Source of the DNA: an uncultured Rikenella sp.
GTDB lineage: Bacteria > Bacteroidota > Bacteroidia > Bacteroidales > Rikenellaceae
Reading direction: 5' to 3'
Assembly: GCF_947628055.1 (NCBI RefSeq)
Contig: NZ_CANQYJ010000001.1
Span: 1-51,905, forward strand
Length of the DNA stretch: 51,905 nt
Position numbers and translations under genes: made by a program. Shown here one piece after another: positions 20,882 through 30,553 of the stretch. Within the stretch, counting starts at the first letter, position 1; every line of letters starts with the position of its first letter. The notes under the pieces were generated by a model. It did no database searches. It saw only the letters and a list, made by a program, of their open reading frames with translations, and was not told the origin of the DNA.

Positions 20882-21964
20882 TTACACCTGCGGCACCTCG
20901 TCCAGCATGCCGCCGCCGACCACCCGGTCATCGAGGTAGAAAACCACCGGCTGGCCAGGCATCAAAGCCCAGGCGTCGTTTTGCAACAACAGGACATGCA
21001 GCCGTCCGTCCTCTATTGCCGTCAGCCGGCACCCTCCGTCCGGATTCCGTCCGATACCCCGAACCCTGATCCGCAGGTCGTCCGCCCGGCCGAAAAATTC
21101 CTCCCTACACACCGCCCGCCAGTCTTTCAGGATCATCTCCCGGCGGTACAGCGCCTCGTCCGGCCCTGCGACAATGCGGTTCCGCTTTGCCTCGACAGCG
21201 ATAACGGCCGCCTGCCCGTAAAGTGTCGGATCAGACAGGGAGAATCCCCGCTTTTGTCCGGCCGTGTAGAGCGCGCAGCCTTCGTGGCGCCCGATAACGG
21301 TTCCCTGCAAATCCACAACCTCCCCCGGCCGAAGCGTGTTTTCCGGAAGATGCGAGCGCAGGAACCCCTCGTAAGAGCAGCCGTGCAGAAAACAGAGCCC
21401 CATACTTTCCCTGCGCTCCGACAGTTCCGTCAGGCCATACTGATTCTTTAACCTATTCCGCACCTCCGCCTTCGTATGATCCCCCAGCGGCAATACCGCC
21501 CGCCGCACCCACGTTTCCGGCACATCCCACAGGTAATAAGACTGGTCTTTGGTCGGATCCGCTCCCCGTCGGAAATAGGAATGCCCGTTTTCGTGCCGAA
21601 CCGTACGCACATAATGGCCCGTAGCGATATGGAAAATCCCGAGTCTGTCCGCCGTTTCCGCCAGTAAGCGCCACTTGATCCGGGGATTGCACCGCGCGCA
21701 AGGAGACGGCGTGCGCCCCGCCGCATGTTCCGCCAATACCTGACCGATGATTTCCCTCCGGAAAAGGTCGGTGCAGGATTCGACGATCAGTTCCACACCG
21801 AGGGCCTCGGCAGTCTCCGCCGCGCGTTCTCGCGCCCGTACCGAGCCGAGCATATCTAAAAAAAGAGCGCGAGGACGGTAACCCGCCTCGCGCAAAAACA
21901 ATATCGCCGCTGCGGAGTCTATTCCTCCGCTCAGCGCCACCAAAATGTCTTTATTCCGGGACAT
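20882..21964 (-). CDS. mnmA: tRNA-specific 2-thiouridylase
   Basis: SGGIDS PP-loop, PCARCN, ATGHY, KDQSYYL, ESMGLCF and PGQ. Confidence 0.92.
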   Translation of the reverse strand: MSRNKDILVALSGGIDSAAAILFLREAGYRPRALFLDMLGSVRARERAAETAEALGVELIVESCTDLFRREIIGQVLAEHAAGRTPSPCARCNPRIKWRLLAETADRLGIFHIATGHYVRTVRHENGHSYFRRGADPTKDQSYYLWDVPETWVRRAVLPLGDHTKAEVRNRLKNQYGLTELSERRESMGLCFLHGCSYEGFLRSHLPENTLRPGEVVDLQGTVIGRHEGCALYTAGQKRGFSLSDPTLYGQAAVIAVEAKRNRIVAGPDEALYRREMILKDWRAVCREEFFGRADDLRIRVRGIGRNPDGGCRLTAIEDGRLHVLLLQNDAWALMPGQPVVFYLDDRVVGGGMLDEVPQV

Positions 21965-21992
21965 CCGGGCCGACGCAGATCAGATGCAGAAA

Positions 21993-22397
21993 CTACAATC
22001 CTTTGAAAAAGTCGTCTTCCGACAAAGTCTGTGCGGAAACCGTTCCGCCGTCATAAGACGAGTTTTCCGAAGAAGAAGCCACCGAACTGATCGCCGACCC
22101 GTCAGGGTTGAAGAATTCCGGCCGTTCGCGTTTGATATATTCGACCACTTCGCGGAATCCGTCGCCGAATTTCTGGAAGTCTTCCTTATAGAGGTGGATC
22201 TTATGCTTGTCGATGGTGAAACTGCCGTCGCGCATCTGTTTTTTGCGGCTTTCGGTGATCGTCACGTAGTAATCCTCTCCGCGCGTGGCCTTCACATCGA
22301 AGTAATAAATACGTTTCCCCGCCTTCACCGGCACGGAGTACAGTTCATCTCCCATCGAGTCCATCTCGCTCCGGTCGTTGTAGTCAAAATTGTTCAT
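21993..22397 (-). CDS. DUF3276 / PUR-alpha-like nucleic-acid-binding protein
   Basis: KAGKRIYYFDVK, ITESRK and KHKIHLYKEDF motifs; start reassigned to MNNFDY. Confidence 0.88.
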   Translation of the reverse strand: MNNFDYNDRSEMDSMGDELYSVPVKAGKRIYYFDVKATRGEDYYVTITESRKKQMRDGSFTIDKHKIHLYKEDFQKFGDGFREVVEYIKRERPEFFNPDGSAISSVASSSENSSYDGGTVSAQTLSEDDFFKGL

Positions 22398-22531
22398 ACA
22401 GATTTGAGTTAAATTGTGGCACGTCCGTGTGCCGTTTCGGTTAGCAAATAGGCTTCGCGGCGCAAGCCCGTTATCGGATGAACCGGTGTTTTCCGGCCCA
22501 TGTCGCGCCGGAGAAACCCCGAATCGTTTTT

Positions 22532-22539
22532 CAAATGTA
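22532..22539 (-). promoter_or_regulatory. Candidate -7 promoter element for the DUF3276 gene
   Basis: TACATTTG on the minus strand in an AT-rich patch. Confidence 0.55.
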
Positions 22540-22679
22540 TATAAAAAATTAAATACTGAAAACCTTTTCGGCACTTTTTGTACAATCGCTTTCCCGCCGC
22601 CCCGGTCGGGAGGCCGGTCATGCGGTTTCTGCGGTGCGGGTTCGGCTGCCCGGACGTGAGGCGCGCGCCGAAAAAGCAT

Positions 22680-22687
22680 TATCTTTG
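22680..22687 (+). promoter_or_regulatory. Candidate -7 promoter element for the DUF389 gene
   Basis: TATCTTTG; supports the ATG at 22711 as start. Confidence 0.55.
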
Positions 22688-22710
22688 TGAACGAACTATC
22701 CTTTACCGCT

Positions 22711-24096
22711 ATGAACGAGCCGCAGGAACCCTATAAATCCAACTGGAACCGCTTCACGGACTTTCTGCGTGAGCGTTTCAACCTCGACGAGGACAAGGCT
22801 TCCGAGGAGGAGATGCGCGAGAACATCAACAAAGGGGTCGAGTTCCGGGGCACCAATCTCTGGGTGTTGATTTTCGCCATTTTCATCGCTTCGATCGGTC
22901 TGAATGTCAATTCGACGGCGGTGATTATCGGGGCCATGCTCGTGTCGCCGCTGATGGGGCCGATCATGGGGGTGGGGCTTTCGCTCGGGGTCAACGATTT
23001 CGACCTGATGAAACGGTCGCTGCGCAGTCTGGGGCTGGCGGCGGCGGTGGGGCTGGCCACATCGACCCTCTATTTCTGGATCAGTCCGCTCAGCACGGCG
23101 CAGAGCGAGCTGCTGGCGCGAACCACGCCGACTATTTACGACGTGCTGATCGCTCTGTTCGGGGGGCTGGCGGGCATCGTGGCGCAGTCGCGCAAAGACC
23201 GCACTTCGACGGTCATTCCGGGGGTGGCGATTGCTACGGCCCTGATGCCGCCGTTGTGCACCGCCGGGTTCGGGCTGGCGCGGGGCGACATGGCTTTTTT
23301 CATCGGGGCGTTCTACCTCTTTTTTATCAACGCTGTCTTTATCGCTGTCGGGACATTCATCATCGTCCGTTTCCTGAAATACCGCAAAGTCGCTTTCGTC
23401 GATCCGAAAAAGGAGCTCCGGGCGCGGCGGTACATGACTGTGGTAGTGACCATTACGTTAGTGCCGAGTGTCATCCTGGCTTACGGGATCGTGCAGCGAA
23501 CCATTTTCGAGAACAATGCCAAAAATTATATCGACCAAGTGCTGACTTTCGAGGGGAGCGAGATTGTCAGTGCGGTGCCGACCTATGCGCGCGACAGCTC
23601 TACCATCGAGGTGATCCTGATGGGCAAGACGGTGTCGGAAGAGGCTATCGCCGTGGCTCGGAACCAGCTGGGGGCTTACAATCTGGAGGGCACTGCGCTG
23701 ATTGTGCGGCAGGCGGGGGCGGACAACACTTTCGACAGCCATACCTTGCAAAGCGTGTTGCGCAGCAATACGGAAATATTGGACGAGAAAAACCGCCGGA
23801 TCGAGCAGCTGCAACAGCTTGCCGACCGTTATCTGAGCGATACGCTGCCGGCGGCGGACATTTCGCGGGAGTTGGGGTCGCTGTGGGGGCGGCATATCAG
23901 CCGGGTCAGTCTCTCCAAGGCGCCGATCTTCACGGCGGGGGGGACGGTGGCTGATACGGCGGTCTTCTGCTATATCACGACTGCCGCGGATGCCACTCTC
24001 GATGCCGACCAGCGGCAAAAGCTGACCGCATGGTTGCGGGCGCGTACCAAGATGCAGCATGTCGAGTTAGAGGTGAGGGCAGAGGAGGAGTTTTAG
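22711..24096 (+). CDS. DUF389 / TIGR00341 family membrane protein
   Basis: NSTAVIIGAMLVSPLMGPI, ELLART.P and PGVAIATALMPPL. Confidence 0.9.
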   Translation: MNEPQEPYKSNWNRFTDFLRERFNLDEDKASEEEMRENINKGVEFRGTNLWVLIFAIFIASIGLNVNSTAVIIGAMLVSPLMGPIMGVGLSLGVNDFDLMKRSLRSLGLAAAVGLATSTLYFWISPLSTAQSELLARTTPTIYDVLIALFGGLAGIVAQSRKDRTSTVIPGVAIATALMPPLCTAGFGLARGDMAFFIGAFYLFFINAVFIAVGTFIIVRFLKYRKVAFVDPKKELRARRYMTVVVTITLVPSVILAYGIVQRTIFENNAKNYIDQVLTFEGSEIVSAVPTYARDSSTIEVILMGKTVSEEAIAVARNQLGAYNLEGTALIVRQAGADNTFDSHTLQSVLRSNTEILDEKNRRIEQLQQLADRYLSDTLPAADISRELGSLWGRHISRVSLSKAPIFTAGGTVADTAVFCYITTAADATLDADQRQKLTAWLRARTKMQHVELEVRAEEEF

Positions 24097-24300
24097 TGGC
24101 TTTTTCCGGGATTTTCCGGGGAAGACGGGATTTTCGGGGTTTCCCCCTTGGTTTGCCGGGGTTTCGAGAAATTTATTTACGGTTTCGTGGGATTTCGTAG
24201 GGGGGAACGCAGTTTTTGTCCGGGGTAGTTCCGATCCAAGCGAAACGCAGTTTCGCTCGGTCACCGCGGGGGCACTCCAGTAGGCGGAAAAGGTTATCTA

Positions 24301-24986
24301 TGATCTCCCTATGACAGGCCGGAGCCACCCCTGGCGGAGGCCTGCAACTCGCGTGGCTCGTTATCCGGCTCCGCTGGCTCCGGCTAAGAGAGGACAGTTA
24401 CAGCCCGGTTCGTGTGCCGAGCGGCACCGGCACCCGCGCGCGACGGCTGGAGTAGGAAATCGTTCAAAAGCAGTTTGCGCTTTTGAACTGGATTTCCGCC
24501 AGCGCGCGGGACAAACGAATGTTCATCCTCCGCGCGCCGACGCCGGAAAAAGGAAAATCGACGGTTTCAACGCGAGTTGAAAGCGAACGATTTTCCCGGC
24601 GCGCGGAAAGAATAATTGAGGGTAGAGGCTGCCCAAACGATACGAAGTATCGCAAGCCCGGCGGGGGCACCCGCGGCCCGCCCGGCCCGAGGGCGGTTCC
24701 CTCTTTGGGGTAGTTTATCTTGCTGCCGGCAGGCCAGCAGAACGCCCGAAGGGTGCGGCTGGAGTCCCAGCGGCACCGGCACCCGCGCGCGACGGCTGGA
24801 GTAGGAAATCGTTCAAAAGCAGCTTGCGCTTTTGAACTGGATTTCCGCCAGCGCGCGGGATAAAGACCGTTTCTGATCTGCAACGGGCCACAGTCCGCGG
24901 AGTTGGGGTAGTTACAGCCCGGTTCGCGTGCTGAGCGGCACCAGGCCTGCGCCCGGGGTGGCTCCGGCCTGACAATGAGGAGATCA
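24301..24986. repeat. Composite structured repeat: outer inverted repeat of about 45 bp enclosing a 92-bp direct repeat
   Basis: 24301-24344 is the inverse of 24942-24986; 24420-24511 matches 24769-24860 with one mismatch. Confidence 0.85.
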
Positions 24987-25364
24987 CAGTCGGAAAGCAC
25001 TTTCGAGTGGCATGTGGGATAAAGCCCAGCTTCGGGGTGCAGCCTGCGGAGCTAAGCAACAAAGTTGCGGGCCTCCGCTGCGGGAGGCTGCGGCCCGACA
25101 AAGGGAGATCACAGCCAAAAGTCCTTTAGCGTCCCGGTGTCGGGCGCGCGACCATAGGTCGCGATTTATTGGATTCTGACAACAACGATTAGAAACTAAA
25201 CGGAGAAAGAAACTAATAAAACAGCCAACGATTGCGGTTTGCGTGTCAAACAGTATGAACAGGAAAGAAAATAACAGTTAAAAAACAGGATTCCGCGGAG
25301 CGGGCAGCCCGAAGCCTCCCCCGGCGCAGGGCTGCAACCTAAAGGTCTTGCCCGCGCAGGCTTC

Positions 25365-25633
25365 GGGCTGAGCCGGCAGCATGAGCATGAAAAAAATCCA
25401 CGAAACAGGCGACCGAAACCACCTCGGCGCAGGGCTGAACCGGCAGCATGAGCATGAAAAAATCCACGAAACAGGCGACCGAAACCACCCCGGCTCCGGG
25501 CCGAACCGGCAGCATGAGCATGAAAAATTCTACGGAACAAGCGACTGAAACCACCCGGCGCAAGGCCGAAACGGCAGTATCGGCACGGAAAAAATATTTC
25601 CGCGCAGCAGGCAGCCCGCAACTCGCCCCGCAG
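25365..25633. repeat. Tandem repeat, 65-67 bp unit, 3 good copies plus 1 degenerate
   Basis: Units start at 25365, 25432, 25498 and 25563; core CCGGCAGCATGAGCATGAAAAA...GCGAC(C/T)GAAACCACC. Confidence 0.9.
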
Positions 25634-25826
25634 AGAAACCGTGCCGCTGGACACTCCAGCCGGAGTTTGCCCGGTTAAAATCCCCGCCGGCTGCGACCCT
25701 AAGAAATGCGCAAAACGAAACGAAACGGGACGAAATGTAACGTAACACCTTGTCGCAAAACAGGCTGCATCCCGCAGAACCTCATGCAAGTCAAGAAAAT
25801 ACGATAAAAACAAACATACCCCAACC

Positions 25827-28469
25827 ATGAAAAAGAAAACACTTTACACCCTGTTGACGCTCGGACTGCTGAGCAGCTGCGGCGACAGCGGGCAGCTCGT
25901 GAAAGACCCCCGCACCCGCGAAAGCGTCGAAATCCAGACAGCCGCACGGCAGGCGTGGCTGCCTGCGCTGCCTGCGGGCATTACTCAGGAAGAACAGGAA
26001 GGACTGAAATTCCTGTACGCCTATATGCCCGTCGGAGATGCGGCAGACTATGCGCCGGAACTCTACCTGAGCAACGTGCGTGCGTCGTTGCGCGCCGCGG
26101 AAGAGATGCCGTGGGGCAAGACCGTGCCCAACGAACTATTCTTGCACTATGTACTGCCCGTGCGGATCAACAACGAAAACTTGGACACCTCGCGCGTCAC
26201 ATTCTACGAAGAGCTGAAAGAACGCGTACAGGAGTTGAGCATGGCCGACGCCATACTCGAAGTGAACCACTGGTGCCATGAGAAAGTGATCTATACGCCG
26301 AGCGACGGGCGGACCTTGTCGCCGTCGGCCTGCGTGCGGAACGCACAAGGGCGGTGCGGCGAAGAATCCACCTTTACGGTGGCCGCACTGCGGGCCGTGG
26401 GGATTCCCGCACGGCAGGTCTATACCCCGCGGTGGGCGCATACGGATGATAACCATGCGTGGGTCGAAGCGTGGGCCGACGGAAAGTGGTACTACTTCGG
26501 CGCCTGCGAACCGGAACCGGTGCTGGATATGGGCTGGTTCGACGGGCCCAGCAAGCGCGGGATGCTGATGCACACCAAAGTGTTCGGCAATTACGTCGGC
26601 GACGAGGAGGTGATCAGTCAGACGCCGCTCTACACCGAAATCAATGTGACCCACAACTATGCGCCGGTGGCGACCGCCACGATCGTGGTGCGCGATACGA
26701 CCGGGGCGGCGGTGCCGGATGCGGCGGTGGACTTCGGCATTTACAACTACGCCGAATTTTATCCGGCGGTGCGCAAACGGACGGATGCGAACGGCGAGAC
26801 TTCGATGACGGCAGGCTTGGGCGATATGCTCGTCTGGGCGACGGACGGAACGAACTTCGGCTACGAAAAACTCTCGTTCGGCAAACAGGATACGCTGACC
26901 ATCATCCTGAATCACCGCGGCGGGACGGGCGAGGCTTATGCGGAGGTCTGGGACATCGTTCCGCCGGTCGAGGGGCAGACGGAAAATCGCGTGACACCGG
27001 AACAGCGGGCAGCCAACGACGTGCGGTTGGCGCAGGAAGACTCGATCCGGAATGCCTATATCGCCACGTGGATGCCGAAAGCGGATGCCTTTGCTTTGGC
27101 CGGACGGATCGGAGCGGATACGACGAAAGTATGGGATGCGATTCGGACGAGCCGGGGGAATTGGGCGGAAATATCGAAATTCCTGACCGATGCGGCGGCG
27201 GCCGGACAGCTGGACGTGGCGTTCGACCTGTTGGACGTGGTGGCAGTCAAAGATTTGCAGGATACGCCGGCGGCGGTGCTGACCGACCATTTGACGGGGG
27301 CGGCGAAGTATAAGGATCGGCCTTATTTCAAGGAGTATATCCTCAACCCGCGGGTGGGGACGGAGCTGTTGGTGCCGTACCGCGCGGCGATGGCAGGCGA
27401 ACCGGCTGAAATCGAGGCGATTATCGCAAAGGCGAAGGGGGTGGAATTGGTAGACAGTTTGAACCCGGCGCGGATTCCGATCTCGGCCCTCGGGGTGCAG
27501 CGGCTGAATAGGGCGGACAAGGCGGGACGCGACCGCTACTTTATCGCGATGGCGCGCAGCAAGGGGATTCCGGCACGGTACGAACCGGTGACGGGGCGTT
27601 TGCAATATTATGACTTGGGGGCGACGTGCGGGACGGAGGCGTGGCGGAATGTCGATTTCGACGGCGAACTGGCTTCGGCGGCTGCGGCGGTGCCGCGGGG
27701 CACGTTGATGGTGAACTATACGCCGAGCAAGCACAACGACGATCCGAAGTATTACAGCCATTTCACGGTGGGCAAGCTCCGGAACGGGCGGTACGAGACG
27801 ATCGAGCTGAGCAATCCGGACGTGGATATGGGGGCTGCGGGGGCGTTGAGCGCGATTTTCGCCCGGCCGGTCGCTTTGGAAGAGGGGGACTACCGGTTAG
27901 TGAGCGGGACGCGGATGGCGGACGGAACGGTGCTGAGCGAGGCCCGGTTTTTCCGCATCGAAGCGGGCAAGCAGACGACGCTGGATATGACGATGCGCGA
28001 GGATGACGATGCGGTGCAGGTGATCGGGACGATGAATCCGGAGTCGAAGTTCGTGCCGCAGGGTTCTACGGAGGCGCAGTCGATCTTGGCGACGACGGGT
28101 CGCGGTTATTTCGTGCTGGCACTGCTGGAGGCGAAGAAGGAGCCGACGAACCATGCGCTGCGCGACATCGCGGCGCTGAAGGCGGAGTTGGAAGCGTGGG
28201 GGCGAGGTTTGGTGTTCCTTTTCGCGAACGACGACCAGTTGGCAGCGTTCGACCCGGCCGAGTTCGGCGAGCTGCCGAAGACGATCACCTATGGGGTGGA
28301 TCGCGGGGGCGAGGTATCGGAGATGCTGCGGCAGTCGCTGGAGCTGACCAATATGAACGACCTGCCAATCTTTGTGGTGGCGGACACGTTCGGCCGGGTG
28401 GTGTTCGTGTCGCAGGGCTACCGGATCGGCTTGGGCGAGCAGATGATGAAAGTCATTGGCTCGTTGTAG
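25827..28469 (+). CDS. Transglutaminase-like domain lipoprotein
   Basis: Lipobox LSSC; GRCGEES, ALRAVGIPAR and NHAWVEAW catalytic motifs. Confidence 0.9.
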   Translation: MKKKTLYTLLTLGLLSSCGDSGQLVKDPRTRESVEIQTAARQAWLPALPAGITQEEQEGLKFLYAYMPVGDAADYAPELYLSNVRASLRAAEEMPWGKTVPNELFLHYVLPVRINNENLDTSRVTFYEELKERVQELSMADAILEVNHWCHEKVIYTPSDGRTLSPSACVRNAQGRCGEESTFTVAALRAVGIPARQVYTPRWAHTDDNHAWVEAWADGKWYYFGACEPEPVLDMGWFDGPSKRGMLMHTKVFGNYVGDEEVISQTPLYTEINVTHNYAPVATATIVVRDTTGAAVPDAAVDFGIYNYAEFYPAVRKRTDANGETSMTAGLGDMLVWATDGTNFGYEKLSFGKQDTLTIILNHRGGTGEAYAEVWDIVPPVEGQTENRVTPEQRAANDVRLAQEDSIRNAYIATWMPKADAFALAGRIGADTTKVWDAIRTSRGNWAEISKFLTDAAAAGQLDVAFDLLDVVAVKDLQDTPAAVLTDHLTGAAKYKDRPYFKEYILNPRVGTELLVPYRAAMAGEPAEIEAIIAKAKGVELVDSLNPARIPISALGVQRLNRADKAGRDRYFIAMARSKGIPARYEPVTGRLQYYDLGATCGTEAWRNVDFDGELASAAAAVPRGTLMVNYTPSKHNDDPKYYSHFTVGKLRNGRYETIELSNPDVDMGAAGALSAIFARPVALEEGDYRLVSGTRMADGTVLSEARFFRIEAGKQTTLDMTMREDDDAVQVIGTMNPESKFVPQGSTEAQSILATTGRGYFVLALLEAKKEPTNHALRDIAALKAELEAWGRGLVFLFANDDQLAAFDPAEFGELPKTITYGVDRGGEVSEMLRQSLELTNMNDLPIFVVADTFGRVVFVSQGYRIGLGEQMMKVIGSL

Positions 28470-28498
28470 GGCGGCTGATCTTGTTGCGATAAAAAATT

Positions 28499-28531
28499 AA
28501 GCGGGTTCGGAAATTCTTTCCGAACCCGCTT
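28499..28531. terminator. Hairpin terminator between convergent genes
   Basis: AAGCGGGTTCGGAAA-ttc-TTTCCGAACCCGCTT. Confidence 0.75.
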
Positions 28532-28554
28532 CGTGTAAATAATAAGTGCGAGTG

Positions 28555-28929
28555 TTATAGCTCCCAATCTTCGATCAAAGCGACGTTCTGAATGTCGCGA
28601 TGTTTGGCCGGCAGTTTGGTACGATAGACATCGATAAGCGACTGCTTCACGACGTGTATGACGATAATCGCTTTCGGGTCTTGCGGGATGATTTGCTTTT
28701 GCCTCAAAGCGGCGACGCTCTCGGCCACATAAAAATGTCCTTTGTAAGAAAAGAGCGTACCCGGATTCTTGTCATTCGGTTGGCGCAAATCTGTCGGGCG
28801 GATTTGTTTTATGGTATCGAGTCCCAAAGCCTTCTGCGGATTCTCGATTTGCGTCTGACTTTGAGAGAAAGAAGGCACGGCTAAGGCCATGCAGGCAAGC
28901 AGGCTAACAAAAAGGATCGATCGTTTCAT
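28555..28929 (-). CDS. Hypothetical secreted protein
   Basis: 124 aa with a clear signal peptide; 5 bp downstream of the lipoprotein gene. Confidence 0.7.
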   Translation of the reverse strand: MKRSILFVSLLACMALAVPSFSQSQTQIENPQKALGLDTIKQIRPTDLRQPNDKNPGTLFSYKGHFYVAESVAALRQKQIIPQDPKAIIVIHVVKQSLIDVYRTKLPAKHRDIQNVALIEDWEL

Positions 28930-28934
28930 GTTTT

Positions 28935-30026
28935 TTAATATTTAAACGTCAGTATTTCTTCTGTGTCGGATTTTATGCCGTATATGATGCGTCTGACCGG
29001 ATCGACATCGAATTTGTAGATCGGCATGTCCAGCTCGTAACGTATTACAGGATTCCCGTCCCAGTCGAAAACGTAGATGCTCGCCTCCATTGGTTCGGCT
29101 TTGGGATTGAACAGCCTGGGCTGGTATAATGCCCATATCCGACCATTCCGATTCTTGATGTCATAATAGTTGAATATGGTTTCGTTCCGTTTGCCACTCA
29201 CGGTTTTATGGTTCCCGTTTCGTCCGCTGACACCCACTTTGAATTCCGGTAATCGTTGCGCAGGGCCATACAGATGCTTGATTACGCGGCCCGTCGAGTC
29301 GTATATCGAGATCAGGTCGGTTTTGAGGCAGGCAAATACAAGCCGTCCTGTGGAATCGTCTATCGTCCATTTCCCGTCGAAGAGTTCGCCCAGCAAACGG
29401 TCTTCCGTGACGTTCAAACCCGGATATGTGGGGTATTCCCCGAACGAGCGGACAAAACGGCCCTTGGTGTCGAATTCTGAGAATCGCTTGACGGGGGTCA
29501 TAATATGGGATTCGATAAACCGTCCATCCGGTGTGCGATAAATGTCAGGAGAAGTGCCTATGAATTCGATCTGAACAGATTGTACCGGCATGATTAGAGA
29601 GTGGTCATCGTTAAAATGAGCCAGATCCGATTTATTATAAATCAGTATTTGTTGCATAGTCATGTCGTAACACCAAAAAAAAGATTTTCCTGGTGTGTAT
29701 CCGACCTTGTCGAGTCCGATCAATTCTCCCGGCCCCCGTCCTTGTGAGAGAAAAGAGCCTGTAATTCGTTGCTTCTCGGTATCGTAGATTTTAACGAACC
29801 TCGAGGAGGAGTTGGGGTAGGGCACGATCATCAACAACGAGTCGATCACCGTGACGTCGTACGGAATGAGTGTCGGATCGCCCAACGGAAATACCTCGCC
29901 ATGAAGGGTTTTCGTCTCCGGAAACGAGGCATTATCAAACAGCGTCGCCCCGTCGAATGTTTGCGACGTCTCTCCGCAACCCCAGCAAAGCATGGCTATC
30001 AGGCTGAGTGTAAGAATTTTTTTCAT
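28935..30026 (-). CDS. BF3164-like / TolB-like 6-bladed beta-propeller lipoprotein
   Basis: Lipobox CWGC, GRGPGE and YVFDWDGNP motifs. Confidence 0.82.
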   Translation of the reverse strand: MKKILTLSLIAMLCWGCGETSQTFDGATLFDNASFPETKTLHGEVFPLGDPTLIPYDVTVIDSLLMIVPYPNSSSRFVKIYDTEKQRITGSFLSQGRGPGELIGLDKVGYTPGKSFFWCYDMTMQQILIYNKSDLAHFNDDHSLIMPVQSVQIEFIGTSPDIYRTPDGRFIESHIMTPVKRFSEFDTKGRFVRSFGEYPTYPGLNVTEDRLLGELFDGKWTIDDSTGRLVFACLKTDLISIYDSTGRVIKHLYGPAQRLPEFKVGVSGRNGNHKTVSGKRNETIFNYYDIKNRNGRIWALYQPRLFNPKAEPMEASIYVFDWDGNPVIRYELDMPIYKFDVDPVRRIIYGIKSDTEEILTFKY

Positions 30027-30053
30027 CTTTTTTCAGAATTATCAGAAAAAACA

Positions 30054-30085
30054 GGCCTCCCGCATGAGAATTGATGCGGGAGGCC
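30054..30085 (-). terminator. Hairpin between the NVEALA-type gene and the beta-propeller gene
   Basis: GGCCTCCCGCAT / ATGCGGGAGGCC stem followed by a T-run on the minus strand. Confidence 0.6.
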
Positions 30086-30099
30086 CTAACAAAGAGAGG

Positions 30100-30375
30100 T
30101 TAACCGGGATAAAATCCAGGACACTTTGCAGTTGCGACAATTTCACCTGTCTCAAGATTGGTCACTTGTGCATAGCATGAGGAGGTTGTTCCCCAACACC
30201 CCGCACATCCGGCATCAATAGCTTCTCCAATCGTGTCATAACCCAAGGCCTCGATATTGGCGAGCGTAAGGTCGGAGAGTCGCTCTTCGGGCTGTGCCTG
30301 CATATAGCTCAATACCAGCCCCGTACCGAGTACCAGCGTGGCCGGCGCTCAGCATGATTCGTGTAATTTTTTTAT
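30100..30375 (-). pseudogene. NVEALA-domain small Cys-rich secreted peptide with disrupted N-terminus
   Basis: LSDLTLANIEALG motif and 4 Cys; leader KKITRIMLSA / ATLVLGTGLVLS is split across two frames near 30343; in-frame TGA at 30349-30351. Confidence 0.65.
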
Positions 30376-30522
30376 GATCGCGTTTCCTTTTTAAGGAAAT
30401 AAATCTTGCGCGACATCCTTTTGCAAGGATAGCACTAAATCATATAAAAACAAAATTTTGGGACATAAACTTCCGATAAACCCTCCCCCATGCTTAGAGG
30501 TCGGCATTCTCTAAAAAACGTG

Positions 30523-30530
30523 TATCTTTG
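30523..30530 (+). promoter_or_regulatory. Candidate -7 promoter element for DUF368-aroE
   Basis: TATCTTTG 23 bp before the ATG. Confidence 0.55.
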
Positions 30531-30553
30531 TTTTCCACTAACAGTAAACCTCT

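Noticed and set aside
24097-24220. TTTTCCGGG-like low-complexity run
   Set aside because: Irregular period with no consistent unit; treated as G/T-biased spacer.
25365-25633. Possible CRISPR array
   Set aside because: Units are similar along their whole length, with no unique spacers and no cas genes in the window.
24311-25828. Short ORFs in the 24.1-25.8 kb gap and within other repeat copies
   Set aside because: They are translations of palindromic or tandem repeat DNA, with frames not conserved between copies.
26136-27761. 541-aa antisense ORF, and similar ones opposite leuS, the M23 gene, DPP III, susD and pepD
   Set aside because: They mirror well-supported genes on the other strand and show no recognisable domains.
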